A stretch of DNA of 62,957 nucleotides, counting the filler, from Octopus bimaculoides (lineage: Eukaryota): assembly GCF_001194135.2 (NCBI RefSeq). It is 6 parts of 6 records of this genome, joined end to end, with 100 filler letters (N's around TTAATTAATTAA, not from the genome) between each part and the next. Parts side by side here need not be neighbours in the genome. Positions count along the whole stretch, not along the records: positions 1 to 22,835 come from NC_068992.1; positions 22,936 to 43,870 come from NC_068995.1; 4 more parts are not named here. The stretch is one strand, 5' to 3'. The notes beneath the pieces are model-generated. The model was not told where the DNA came from and searched no databases. It saw only the letters and a program-made list of their open reading frames with translations. Within the stretch, counting starts at the first letter, position 1. The number at the start of each line of letters is the position of its first letter. Shown here one piece after another: positions 12,262 through 22,959 of the stretch. A program made the position numbers and the translations under genes.

Positions 12262-12611
12262 ATGATGATAAGCGAAGTAGCTAGTTGTAAAGAAGAGATC
12301 AGTGTAGTAACTACACTAACAAGTAAAGTTAATCGCCAAATCAAAGTTCCATGTTATTACAAGTTTAGCCCCAGGCAGATCTTCTACCAACTGGTTATTG
12401 GTGCAGTGCTGCACCCTGTACATACTTATATATTGCTAGCACGGGGAGCAAATTCCTACCATCATCTAGAAAACAACAGGATTGCAAGACTGACTCAGTT
12501 TTGAGCTGGTTGGGTCATATTCAGTCATAAGTACCAGGTCAGCAGAGATATAGCCAGAGTTGCTTGTGGCAAATCAGTAACCGATGGTCACTTTGTTTAG
12601 AATATATTGCT

Positions 12612-12723
12612 GGCTGGAGTGGTTGTACTACATGACGCCTTGGTCAAGTATCTGCTACTATGGCCTTAGTCCCATTAAAACCTTGTAAGCAGATTTGGGA
12701 GATGGAAACTGAAAGAAACTCAT

Positions 12724-12759
<36 letters not shown>

Positions 12760-12990
12760 TTTTGTGTGTGTGTCTGTGTTTGTCACCAACCACAGCTTAA
12801 CAACTGGTGCTGGTGTGTTTTACATCCCTGTAACTTCGCGGTTCAGCGAAAGAAACTGATAGAATAGGTACCAGGCTTAAAAAAAAATAAGCCCAGATAT
12901 CAATTCATTCGACTAAAAAAATTCTCCATGGCAGTGCTCCAATATGGCCACAATGTAATGACTGAAACAAGTAAAATATAAAAGATATAT
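12612..12990 (+). mobile_element. SINE family 1, older diverged copy
   Basis: Diverged core (ggaaactgaaagaa, tgctggtgtgttt, gactgaaacaagtaaaa) with an internal (TG)n tract. Confidence 0.75.
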
Positions 12991-12994
12991 ATCT

Positions 12995-14076
12995 AGGAGT
13001 GGCTGTGTGGTAAGTAGCTTGCTTACCAGCCACATAGTTCTGGGTTCAGTTCCACTGTGTGGCACCTTGGGCAAGAGTCTTCAGATCTATTTTAAAACGG
13101 GGGCTACAATTTTCATTAATGTTTTACGTAGTGTTTTTGGTACCGAAAGACTTTCAAACTTCGTATATTTATCTATTTTGTGTTATAGAACAGAAAAATA
13201 TTTTTGTATTCGAATTTATTTCATGTAAAAAATTGTCTTATTTCGATAATTTCAACCAATCACTGACAAGTATTCAGTTGTTTATATTTACTCCTTTGGC
13301 TGATTAAGCGGTGTAAAGCGTATTTAATCTCCATAGCTTAGTTTTATTTGCTTTTTTCATTTTAAATTTGCTTTTTTCATTTGCTTTTTTTTTTCTTCGT
13401 TTTATTTGCTTTTTTCTTTTTAAATTTGCTGTTTTACCCTAACCCTAACCCTAGGGTTAGGGTTAGGGTTAGCCTATAATAGAAAGGTTTATTANNNNNN
13501 NNNNNNNNNNNNNNNNNNNNNNNNNNNNNNNNNNNNNNNNNNNNNNNNNNNNNNNNNNNNNNNNNNNNNNNNNNNNNNNNNNNNNNNNNNNNNNNNNNNN
13601 NNNNNNNNNNNNNNNNNNNNNNNNNNNNNNNNNNNNNNNNNNNNNNNNNNNNNNNNNNNNNNNNNNNNNNNNNNNNNNNNNNNNNNNNNNNNNNNNNNNN
13701 NNNNNNNNNNNNNNNNNNNNNNNNNNNNNNNNNNNNNNNNNNNNNNNNNNNNNNNNNNNNNNNNNNNNNNNNNNNNNNNNNNNNNNNNNNNNNNNNNNNN
13801 NNNNNNNNNNNNNNNNNNNNNNNNNNNNNNNNNNNNNNNNNNNNNNNNNNNNNNNNNNNNNNNNNNNNNNNNNNNNNNNNNNNNNNNNNCGAGTCTTCTC
13901 CTATAGCCTCGGGCCGACCAAAGCCTTGTGAGTGAATTTGGTAGACGGAAACTGAAAGAAGCCTGTCTTATATATGTATATATATATATGTATGTGTGTT
14001 TGTGTGTCTGTGTTTGTCCTCCCCACCATCGCTTGACAAGCAATGCTGGTGTGTTTGCGGACCCGTAACTTAGCGT

Positions 14077-14078
<2 letters not shown>
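12995..14078 (+). mobile_element. SINE family 1 split by a nested DNA insertion (about 13083-13890)
   Basis: The SINE head stops at ggcaagagtcttc (13082) and resumes at gagtcttctcctatagcc (13891). Confidence 0.8.
13083..13890. mobile_element. Non-autonomous DNA element with an 8-9 bp target-site duplication, containing a telomeric-repeat palindrome
   Basis: GAGTCTTC is duplicated at 13075-13082 and 13891-13898. The right part of the element is in an N gap. Confidence 0.6.
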
Positions 14079-14163
<85 letters not shown>

Positions 14164-14653
14164 GAGAGCGAGAGAGAGAGGTTATGAGAGGTAATGGTGT
14201 CAATAAGACCCAAAGATGTCAGGTAATGCTGAGTAAGTGCTATGGACAGACTATAGTTAAGCTCCAGGTTTGGTGATCATGCAAATGAGGAGTCTAACGT
14301 AGGTCATATATCAGCATGTGTGTATATATATATATATATATACAAATATATATATATATATATATAGGTATATACTACCTTCTCCCCCATGTTAGATTGA
14401 GTCCTTCTATAACCGGCTCTTTTTTGTATATTCGATATCAGTTAACAGTTTTATAGCCATTATCTCAACATGTATTTCTAATCGGTACATCCTTACTACC
14501 TCTGAAGAGATTCATTTTATAATGATTTTAATTTTATAAGATTTCTGAATCGAAACACCTGTCAGGGATGTTGTCATATTTTGAAATTAATAAATAATTC
14601 TATTAATTACCTCTCCATTTTCTTCTTATTCTTTATATATATAGACATACATG

Positions 14654-14696
<43 letters not shown>

Positions 14697-14784
14697 TCCA
14701 TCTTCTGTATCAATCATTTAGAATATAAATATCTTTGCTCCAGTAAAGGAAAAATATGTAGTAGTCATTATTTTTAATTTATTT

Positions 14785-14829
<45 letters not shown>

Positions 14830-14842
14830 TTGTCTATTGCAG

Positions 14843-15155
14843 ATACAATACACTCAGAAACAGCATAAACAAGGTTAACACATCAACAATTCAAGACGTT
14901 GCTGAATATGATTATTTCACCATGCAAACAAACACTCCAGTTCATATTAGTGAACCCAGTCAAGGATTATCATTACAAAGTAACTCTCTAGACATTGCAG
15001 AATATTGCCTCATGCAAAGTCCCAACTCAGTTGAGCCCAGTGAAGGATCAACGTCTTCATATCTTAACCCTCAAGATGTATGTAAAAGCAAAAATCCAAT
15101 ATCAGAAAAGTCAGCTCAAATGTGTAATACTCCAATATATGAAGAACTTACATGA
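14843..15155 (+). CDS. Coding exon D (terminal), tyrosine-motif-rich cytoplasmic tail
   Basis: Acceptor tgtctattgcag, phase 2. The frame is open for 103 codons (YNTLRNSINKV...TPIYEELT*) to TGA at 15153-15155. AATAAA at about 15353. Confidence 0.8.
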
Positions 15156-15564
15156 AAAGAATTCCTCACCCTGTTGATAATCCTCATATTGAACAACTCT
15201 TCACACAGCCTATTAAATATTTATGAAGATGAAATTTCAATGTTTAGCAATTTGGAAAATATACTGCCAAATGAATAACTTTTAAATAATATATTGAATG
15301 ATTTCTCATTATTCTTAACTTAAAAAGAAATCTAAAACTTAAAAAAATGTTTAATAAATTGTTCCCTTTGTTTTAATTTATTTGTTTATTTATCATTATT
15401 ACTCTTAGAGTGGTTGACGTTAGGAAGGGCATCAAGCTGTAGAAACCATGCCAAATCAGAATGAAACCTGGTGCAGCTCCCCAGCTTCCAGTTTTCAGTC
15501 CAACCCATACCAGCATGGAAAATTGATGTTAAATGATGGCGGTGGTGGTGGTGGTGGTGGTTAA

Positions 15565-16200
15565 ATTTTACTTCTCAGAGCTCTCAATCTCACTTGCTCC
15601 TGTTAATTCTGTAAGGGAAGACAGCAACCTGTTGTCAAAGGTCTCACATGGTCTCTCAGAATCTCTTTCCATGGATTACAAGATTTCGTACTTAAATGCT
15701 AAGTATTGTGGAAGATACTGAACACCCAAGTACCAGTCTCAAGATCCTAGCTGTCCCCAGCAGAGCAGTTTTTTGAGCATGTTCTACCTACATGTCAATT
15801 CCAATTTCTCTGACATATTTCTTGAACTTAGTTGTTAGCACTCCAAGTAACCCAACAAATACTGGGATGACAGTTACTCTCCTCATTGCCCACATTCTTG
15901 CAATTTAGTCTTTTAGTAACTTGTATTTCTGGTCACTGAGCATCAATTAGTGAGTCACACTGGATTGTAAAATTTCACAAGATCTTATATTCATTGTTCG
16001 CAGTGATCCTTTCTGGTTTATTTTTGTACCATTTCCATGTTCTTCTAAGACTGTATTTCTCACACAATTTCGAGTGAACAAACATAGCCACATTATCATG
16101 CCTCCTTTTGTAGTGCTCTTGGGCCAGTTTGCTACACTCACTCACAACATGTGAGTTTGTTTCGTTTTTGCTGTCATACACCCTACAAAGGAGCAATTCA
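15565..16200 (-). mobile_element. R4/Dong-clade non-LTR retrotransposon 3' fragment (CCHC finger, restriction-like endonuclease)
   Basis: CRVYDSKNETNSHVVSECSKLAQEHYKRRHDNVA...KILWNFTIQCD...QKTALLGTARILR. Confidence 0.85.
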
Positions 16201-16231
16201 CTACTCTTATCTATTTGGAACTTTGTGTAAT

Positions 16232-16620
16232 TACATTATTTACATTTTAAAGATATTTGTCCTCATCTTGTTTGTTGTTAGCACAACGTTTCGGCTGATA
16301 TACCCTCCAGACTTCATCAGGTGTTTTGGGGAAATTTCGAACCTGGGCATATAGCATAGTGGTTAAGAGTGCAGGCTACTAACCCCAAGATTCTGAGTTT
16401 GATTCCAGGCAGTGACCTGATTATGATAATAATAATAATAATAATAATATCAAAAAATACCTTAGGAATGAGAACTCAGGTTCAAAATTTCCCAAGACAC
16501 CTGATGAAGGCGGAGGGTATATCAGACAAAACGTTGTGTTAACAACAAACAAGATGAGGACAAATATCCGTCAAATGTAAATAATGTACATAATTCTTCG
16601 TCTCTTAAATATAGAACTGT
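16232..16620 (+). mobile_element. tRNA-headed SINE with a Penelope-like hammerhead tail and an upstream inverted tail copy
   Basis: A box TAGCATAGTGG at 16352-16362, B-box-like GAGTTTGATTCC at 16395-16406, (TAA)n spacer. Tail 16476-16588 is mirrored by 16232-16347. Confidence 0.75.
16283..16327 (-). ncRNA. Minimal type I hammerhead ribozyme motif (antisense copy, core intact)
   Basis: Minus strand reads aacac CTGATGA a gtctg-gagggtatat-cagcc GAAACGT T gtgct: stem I aacac/gtgct, stem II, palindromic ACGT stem III. Confidence 0.6.
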
Positions 16621-18399
16621 TAGTGTAATTAGTTCTCAGATCTTGTTCCTAGGTGCTGCATATCAATACCTCAGTGCAACCTTTCAGATCACTTTTCCAT
16701 AAGCCCCTCCAGGTATTGGTCTTATCTTTCCATTTAATTTCTCAAAGGCATTGTTTTCATTTTCCAATTGTTTAATCCTTGTTCTTCATTTTGTTTCTTA
16801 AATGTTTTCGGTTGCATCACATTTTCTGTTGCTGGTGTAAGAATGAAATTCCATAAATAAGGTAAAAGCTATATTGCATAATAACAGAAAACAATAATAT
16901 AAAGATCAGCTAATCAAGTACTCTTAGGATTTGGATAATGACAGATTATCAAATATATTGGTGGACTGAAACTCAGTCTTAAAAATTAACAAAATCATGT
17001 TTATAGTGAAGTGCAAAAAGAAAAAAATGTTTTGGAATATTGAATATAGTTTAAGAGAGCTTTATAGTTAAGTGTCTTGTACTAAAACCCTCATCTCTCA
17101 AATACTTTTGTGGGTGAATTTGGTAGATAAAAACTGAAAGAAGCCCATGGTAATGTGTGTGTGTGTGTGTGAGTGTGCATGAATGTTTACATCTCATATA
17201 ATTTGATTTGAGTGAAACAGTGACATGTTTGCATTCCATGACTTGTCACTCTGCACTTTCACAGACAGCATCTTCATCATCAACACTTAACAGCTGTTTC
17301 CTGTGCTGGCATTGTGTTGGATGGTTTGACAAGATCTGGTAAGCCACAGGGCTACACTGGACACCAGTGTCAGCTTAGGCATTGTTTTTACAGCTGGATG
17401 CCCTTCTTAATGCCATCCACTTTACAGTGTGTACTGGGTACTTTTTTTTGTGCTACTAATACTAGTGAGGTACAAAACAAATTACAAGACAGGAAAGAAC
17501 AGAAAAGAGAAAAGTTTTCATGACTAAGTGTATATGGTGAGGTGGAGGTGGTTTTATGCCAGGTGCCAAGAGGTCATATCAAACAGAGACATTCTGTGGC
17601 CTACAGGACCTTCTGAACGGCATGCCTGACAAGAAATTATCTTAATATATTTCAGGATAGTCGAAAAACATTTTATCAACTTACCATTTGCCAATGAACA
17701 TTTATGATAAGGAGCTTGAGTAATATGATTAAGAATGTGAATACAGGAATATGTTTTGGAAGTTTCCATATTCTTTAGTTTGATCTAAATTAAAGGAAAA
17801 GAGTAAAACAGAAAATGCTGTCTCCAAGAAATACGTTTTTTAGACAAGTGTCACTATGTTCTGGATCTAGTAATAATACAGATGAGAAATACCTGACTTC
17901 TCCATCTACTCAGCAATTTCATCTCGACTTGAACTGAAATGTTTTCTCAAATATTGAAAAAAGACCATCTTTACAGGGGCTCAGCAGTTCAAATTCTTTA
18001 CACATGATTTAATAAAATCAAAACAGCATAAAGGAATTATATTAATCCACAAATGATGGCATCAGGGACAGAACCTGATCTTGTCATTTTAACATATTCA
18101 ACTTGAAAATATCATTCTATTCTAAATCATAAATTCATGTAGAACTGAATGTTGAAATAGAGTTAGTGATAAAGTCTGGTAGATATAACCTGTCTACATT
18201 TGGGTCTCTTACCTATTCTATTGCCCCATTTGGATCTACATAAGATGCCTAGACTGCTTCTTGATATATCAACTCACCTCTTTATCAGTTCTCTATCACT
18301 CATCTCTCTATTATCCACCTGCAGCTTGTCTAACTAATGATAAGAGTGAATCTCTCCTGTTTATGTTGAATTTTTGTTGCTATTGTATTACTATCAAAA

Positions 18400-19135
18400 G
18401 ATATAAATATTCGGTAAATTTTTATATTAACACCTGCACAATTTTCACTAAGAAAGAAAAAAAACTTGGATTTTTAGCATGGAATCAAGTGCCCTGACCT
18501 CCTAATATGCTGTAAATCTCTTATTTTGTTTTGGAAAAAAGGCGGGGGCCTTTTAACATATTTAATAACGGACCATGTAATTCACATGCTGGAAATTTAT
18601 TTCTGTAAAAAGTTTTGTTTTTTTAAACACACAAGATGTAGTCTATAAATTTAGGATGTCTTTGGAAGAAACTATATTTTATTGTCAGAATATATATATA
18701 CTTTCTCACACAACAATTAAGATATATTTATTTTAAATCATTTATATTTATTTGAAATTGTTCATCTTTTTCCGCCACCACCACCTCGCCCACACATAAA
18801 AATTAGTTTGGGTGCAATTTTTTTTTCCTCAGTGAAAATCGTGCGGGTGAAAAGATCAATGGGAGTGGGGCGAAATTTCCGAGGCTTCCACCTCACCCCG
18901 CCCCGTTTNNNNNNNNNNNNNNNNNNNAACGAAAAAAAAAAAAAAAGAATTTCCAAAGATTCCGGGATGTGGGGGTCCCCTCTTTTCCTCCCTTCTTCCG
19001 AACCAAAATAAGGGATTTGCAGCATATTGGGAGGTCGGGCTTTTGATTCCACGCAAAAAATCCGAGTTTTTTTTTTTTTCTTTCTTAGTGAAAATTGTGC
19101 GGGGCATTAATATAAAAATTTGCCAAATATTCTTT
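18400..19135. mobile_element. Non-autonomous element with ~150-bp diverged TIRs (about 18400-18550 / 18985-19135)
   Basis: aatattcggtaaatttttatattaacacctgcacaattttcactaagaaagaaaa... is mirrored at the right end. An extra internal copy of the gtgaaaatcgtgcggg motif lies near 18830. Confidence 0.7.
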
Positions 19136-19346
19136 CCTACTCTAGGCACAAGACCCGAAATTTTGGCAGAGGAGGTCAGTCGAGTAGATCGACTCCAGTA
19201 GGCAACCTGTACTTAATTCATCGATCCTGTAAGGATGAAAGGCAAAGTCGACCTCGGCGGAAGTTGAACTCAGAACGTAGCGACAGACGAAATACCACCG
19301 AGCATCTCGCCCGGCGCGCTGATGTTGGCTGCCAGTTCGCCGCCTT
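19135..19346 (-). mobile_element. tRNA-derived SINE family 2
   Basis: Head aaggcggcgaactggcag, then gttctgagttcaacttccgccgaggtcgactttgcctttcatcc. Further copies near 19897-20090(+), 24165-24335(-), 30440-30625(-), 32125-32320(-), 32365-32575(-), 36290-36460(-), 46285-46492(-) and 52040-52276(-). Confidence 0.85.
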
Positions 19347-19413
19347 GAAACATAAATATTCGATTAATGTTTATACATATTTACATGCACACACACACAC
19401 AAACACGCACATA

Positions 19414-20145
19414 CATTATATGGACGATTTTCCAAACGAAACGGTACAACCATATCTGAATCTTTCAAGTGTTTTTGTTTCTATGTATGAACGTATATTT
19501 ACTAGACTGCCAACATTTTTCAATGGTTTCTCCCATTGTACTGATGCGCTATTTTCCATCATTAATAAAAGTGTCGGCATTTTTGACGACACTTTTATGT
19601 TGGTATCAAAAGAAAGCAAAAAACATTCCCTTTCATGACCGTTTGATTTTCTACACAACCCAGCCATCATATATAACAGTTGGATTTCAATTAAAGCTAT
19701 ATGAGAAGAAAGTTCACATCCACAACTTTCAAATGATGTATAATTTCCCATGGAAAATATCTCTTTTGGCATGAAAATGATGAAGCAAAAAGTTGCTAGT
19801 GAGTTTTTTCCATGTTCAAACCGTGCTTGCTTCCATTCCACGGCATTCAATACATATGTGTGTACATGTGGTTGTATGTTAATATTTATATCTTTTAAGG
19901 CGGTGAGCTGGCAGAAACGTTAGCACAGTGGGCGAAATGCTTAGTGGTATTTCGTCTGTCATTAGGTTCTGAGTTCAAATTCCGCCGAGGTCGACTTTGC
20001 TTTCGTCTTTTCGACTTCCATAAATTAAGTACCAGTTGCGTACTGAGGTCGATCTAATTTCGGACCTTGTGCCTAAAGTAGAAAAAAATATTTGGTTACT
20101 GGTTAATGGTTGTACCATTTCGGTTGGAAAATCGTCCATATAATG
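19414..20145. mobile_element. Non-autonomous DNA transposon with 39-bp TIRs and TA flanks, carrying a nested family 2 SINE
   Basis: cattatatggacgattttccaaacgaaacggtacaacca (19414-19452) matches its reverse complement at 20107-20145 with 2 mismatches. TA at 19412-13 and 20146-47. Confidence 0.8.
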
Positions 20146-20584
20146 TATGTGCGTGTGTGTGTGTGTGTGCGTGTGTGTGTGTGTGTGTGCAAGTCAATAT
20201 TTATATATGTGTTTGTGTTTGTTCCTTATCATCGCTTCACAAACGGTGTTGGTATGTTTACGTCCTCGAAACAGCAGTTATGAAGAATGTCCAGGGGAAA
20301 GGGACATATACATCTATATCTAGTCGAATAAATTGAGGNNNNNNNNNNNNNNNNNNNNNNNNNNNNNNNNNNNNNNNNNNNNNNNNNNNNNNNNNNNNNN
20401 NNNNNNNNNNNNNNNNNNNNNNNNNNNNNNNNNNNNNNNNNNNNNNNNNNNNNNNNNNNNNNNNNNNNNNNNNNNNNNNNNNNNNNNNNNNNNNNNNNNN
20501 NNNNNNNNNNNNNNNNNNNNNNNNNNNNNNNNNNNNNNAAATCTACGCATGTGCAAACGACCGTCTATATCTATAAAAGAGAGG

Positions 20585-20625
<41 letters not shown>

Positions 20626-20824
20626 TGAATGTAGTTTATGCACGTCCACAAATTAGCACGCATGTCGCTCCAATTTTAGTAAGAAATTGTTCATGACTCA
20701 ACCTGCGTTTGCGTCAACTTTTTCTCTCAGAGGCACCCGCGTATAGCTGTAAAAATCGATAAACTTTTACCAATTTTGAAGTTTGTTGACATGGCGAAGT
20801 CAAATCTGTGCGTACGCGCGTGAA

Positions 20825-20857
<33 letters not shown>

Positions 20858-21590
20858 GAAANNNNNNNNNNNNNNNNNNNNNNNNNNNNNNNNNNNNNNN
20901 NNNNNNNNNNNNNNNNNNNNNNNNNNNNNNNNNNNNNNNNNNNNNNNNNNNNNNNNNNNNNNNNNNNNNNNNNNNNNNNNNNNNNNNNNNNNNNNNNNNN
21001 NNNNNNNNNNNNNNNNNNNNNNNNNNNNNNNNNNNNNNNNNNNNNNNNNNNNNNNNNNNNNNNNNNNNNNNNNNNNNNNNNNNNNNNNNNNNNNNNNNNN
21101 NNNNNNNNNNNNNNNNNNNNNNNNNNNNNNNNNNNNNNNNNNNNNNNNNNNNNNNNNNNNNNNNNNNNNNNNNNNNNNNNNNNNNNNNNNNNNNNNNNNN
21201 NNNNNNNNNNNNNNNNNNNNNNNNNNNNNNNNNNNNNNNNNNNNNNNNNNNNNNNNNNNNNNNNNNNNNNNNNNNNNNNNNNNNNNNNNNNNNNNNNNNN
21301 NNNNNNNNNNNNNNNNNNNNNNNNNNNNNNNNNNNNNNNNNNNNNNNNNNNNNNNNNNNNNNNNNNNNNNNNNNNNNNNNNNNNNNNNNNNNNNNNNNNN
21401 NNNNNNNNNNNNNNNNNNNNNNNNNNNNNNNNNNNNNNNNNNNNNNNNNNNNNNNNNNNNNNNNNNNNNNNNNNNNNNNNNNNNNNNNNNNNNNNNNNNN
21501 NNNNNNNNNNNNNNNNNNNNNNNNNNNNNNNNNNNNNNNNNNNNNNNNNNNNNNNNNNNNNNNNNNNNNNNNNNNNNNNNNNNNNNNNAT

Positions 21591-22027
21591 TAACATCCGC
21601 ACGATTTCCACTAGGGTTTTAGGGTTAATGTTAGGGTCAGGGTTAGGGTTTAGGGTCAGGGTTAGGGTTTAGGGTTAGAGTTAACCTAGAAGGGACAGGT
21701 CCCTTATTTTTTGGTTACGGGTGTTGGTAAGTTTTCCTAAGTTACTCCAATTCACATCCCCAATGCAAACCTTCAGATCAACCTTTTCCTATGCAGATCT
21801 CTAATGCAACTTTAAAAAAAAAACAGTCAATGAGTGAAAATAACCAATAAACTGATTCCTTATGGGATTTCCCAATCAAATTGCCAGCAAACCATTTTCA
21901 GCCAAACCAATTTCAACGGATTTCGCTCAAATCTGATGTGCATGTTACTTATTTTGGTTTGAAATAAAGCACTTGATCACTTAATAATCCTAGCTTAATC
22001 CCGAGCAGCGCCGGGCTATACTGCTAG
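21591..22027 (+). mobile_element. Non-autonomous Helitron-like element 3' portion with an internal (TTAGGG)-variant array
   Basis: Hairpin cccgagcagcgccggg at 22000-22015, CTAG at 22024-22027, then T. TTAGGG/TTTAGGG/TCAGGG repeats at about 21612-21682. Confidence 0.65.
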
Positions 22028-22959
22028 TAGTCAATAAGCACGGAGTTTTGAGGTTTTGGAAAGCGAGAGGCGGAACATTGGATGCATAAAAGAAAATTGG
22101 AAAGAAAGTGAAAGATAAAGAAAAAGGAATGGAGTAGGGAAAAGCAGCCAACCTCCGGTAAAAGGAGAGAGGGGAGAAAGAACAAGAAGGAGAATGTGTG
22201 AGAGAGAAAGAAAGACTGGGAAAGAGAGAGAGAGAAAACGAGAGGTATGGAAAGAGAGCGGAAGAGACAGAGACAGGGAATGTGCGAGAGAAAGAAGGAG
22301 AACGAGACACAGGGGGAGAGAGAATGTGTTTCCTGAAGGGAACAGCGAATTTGAATACTTTTTGTTCTTTAATTTTTACCTATCATTTAACGCATGCGCA
22401 TTAGTGAACTAGTTATCGTCTGCTCAGACAAAACTTTTAAAATATGTCCAACAGCAGAAGATGTATATCTAGCAAGTGAAAGGTAAAATGTTTTTGTATT
22501 CGTTTTCAAATCACCGTATTAGGATTTATTAAAATTTTACCAACGCAGTGAGAAAATAATACTATAGATAATGTCTTCGATTTTCTTCCATAGCGAACAC
22601 TGTTTAATTCTAAACAAATTGAAAAATAACACACAGCTCAAAGTAGAAGATGTAACAATATAAAAACATTCAGAGAAGTTGTTTCTTTTGATTGCACCTT
22701 CAATACTACTTATATGGAATTTTACATCATTTCAAGATTGTAATAGTTCAGAAGAATATTCAATTCCATCTTCCAATTTTCAGAATAACCGTAGAATTTT
22801 CATGGGGTACTACTACTACTACTACTGTATATATANNNNNNNNNNNNNNNNNNNNNNNNNNNNNNNNNNNNNNNNNNNNTTAATTAATTAANNNNNNNNN
22901 NNNNNNNNNNNNNNNNNNNNNNNNNNNNNNNNNNNACACACACACACACACACACATAC

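Noticed and set aside
16352-16415. Possible tRNA gene
   Set aside because: A/B boxes are present, but there is no complete acceptor stem and it continues into a retroposon body. It is a SINE head, as are the other tRNA-like segments.
16640-16990. Coding-looking minus-strand stretch (RIKQLENENNAFEKLNGKIRPIPGGAYGKVI)
   Set aside because: All frames are interrupted by stops, there is no convincing splice pair and no recognisable family.
13436-21690. Telomere or chromosome-fusion site
   Set aside because: The arrays are short, lie inside mobile elements, and the palindrome has the wrong polarity for an end-to-end fusion.
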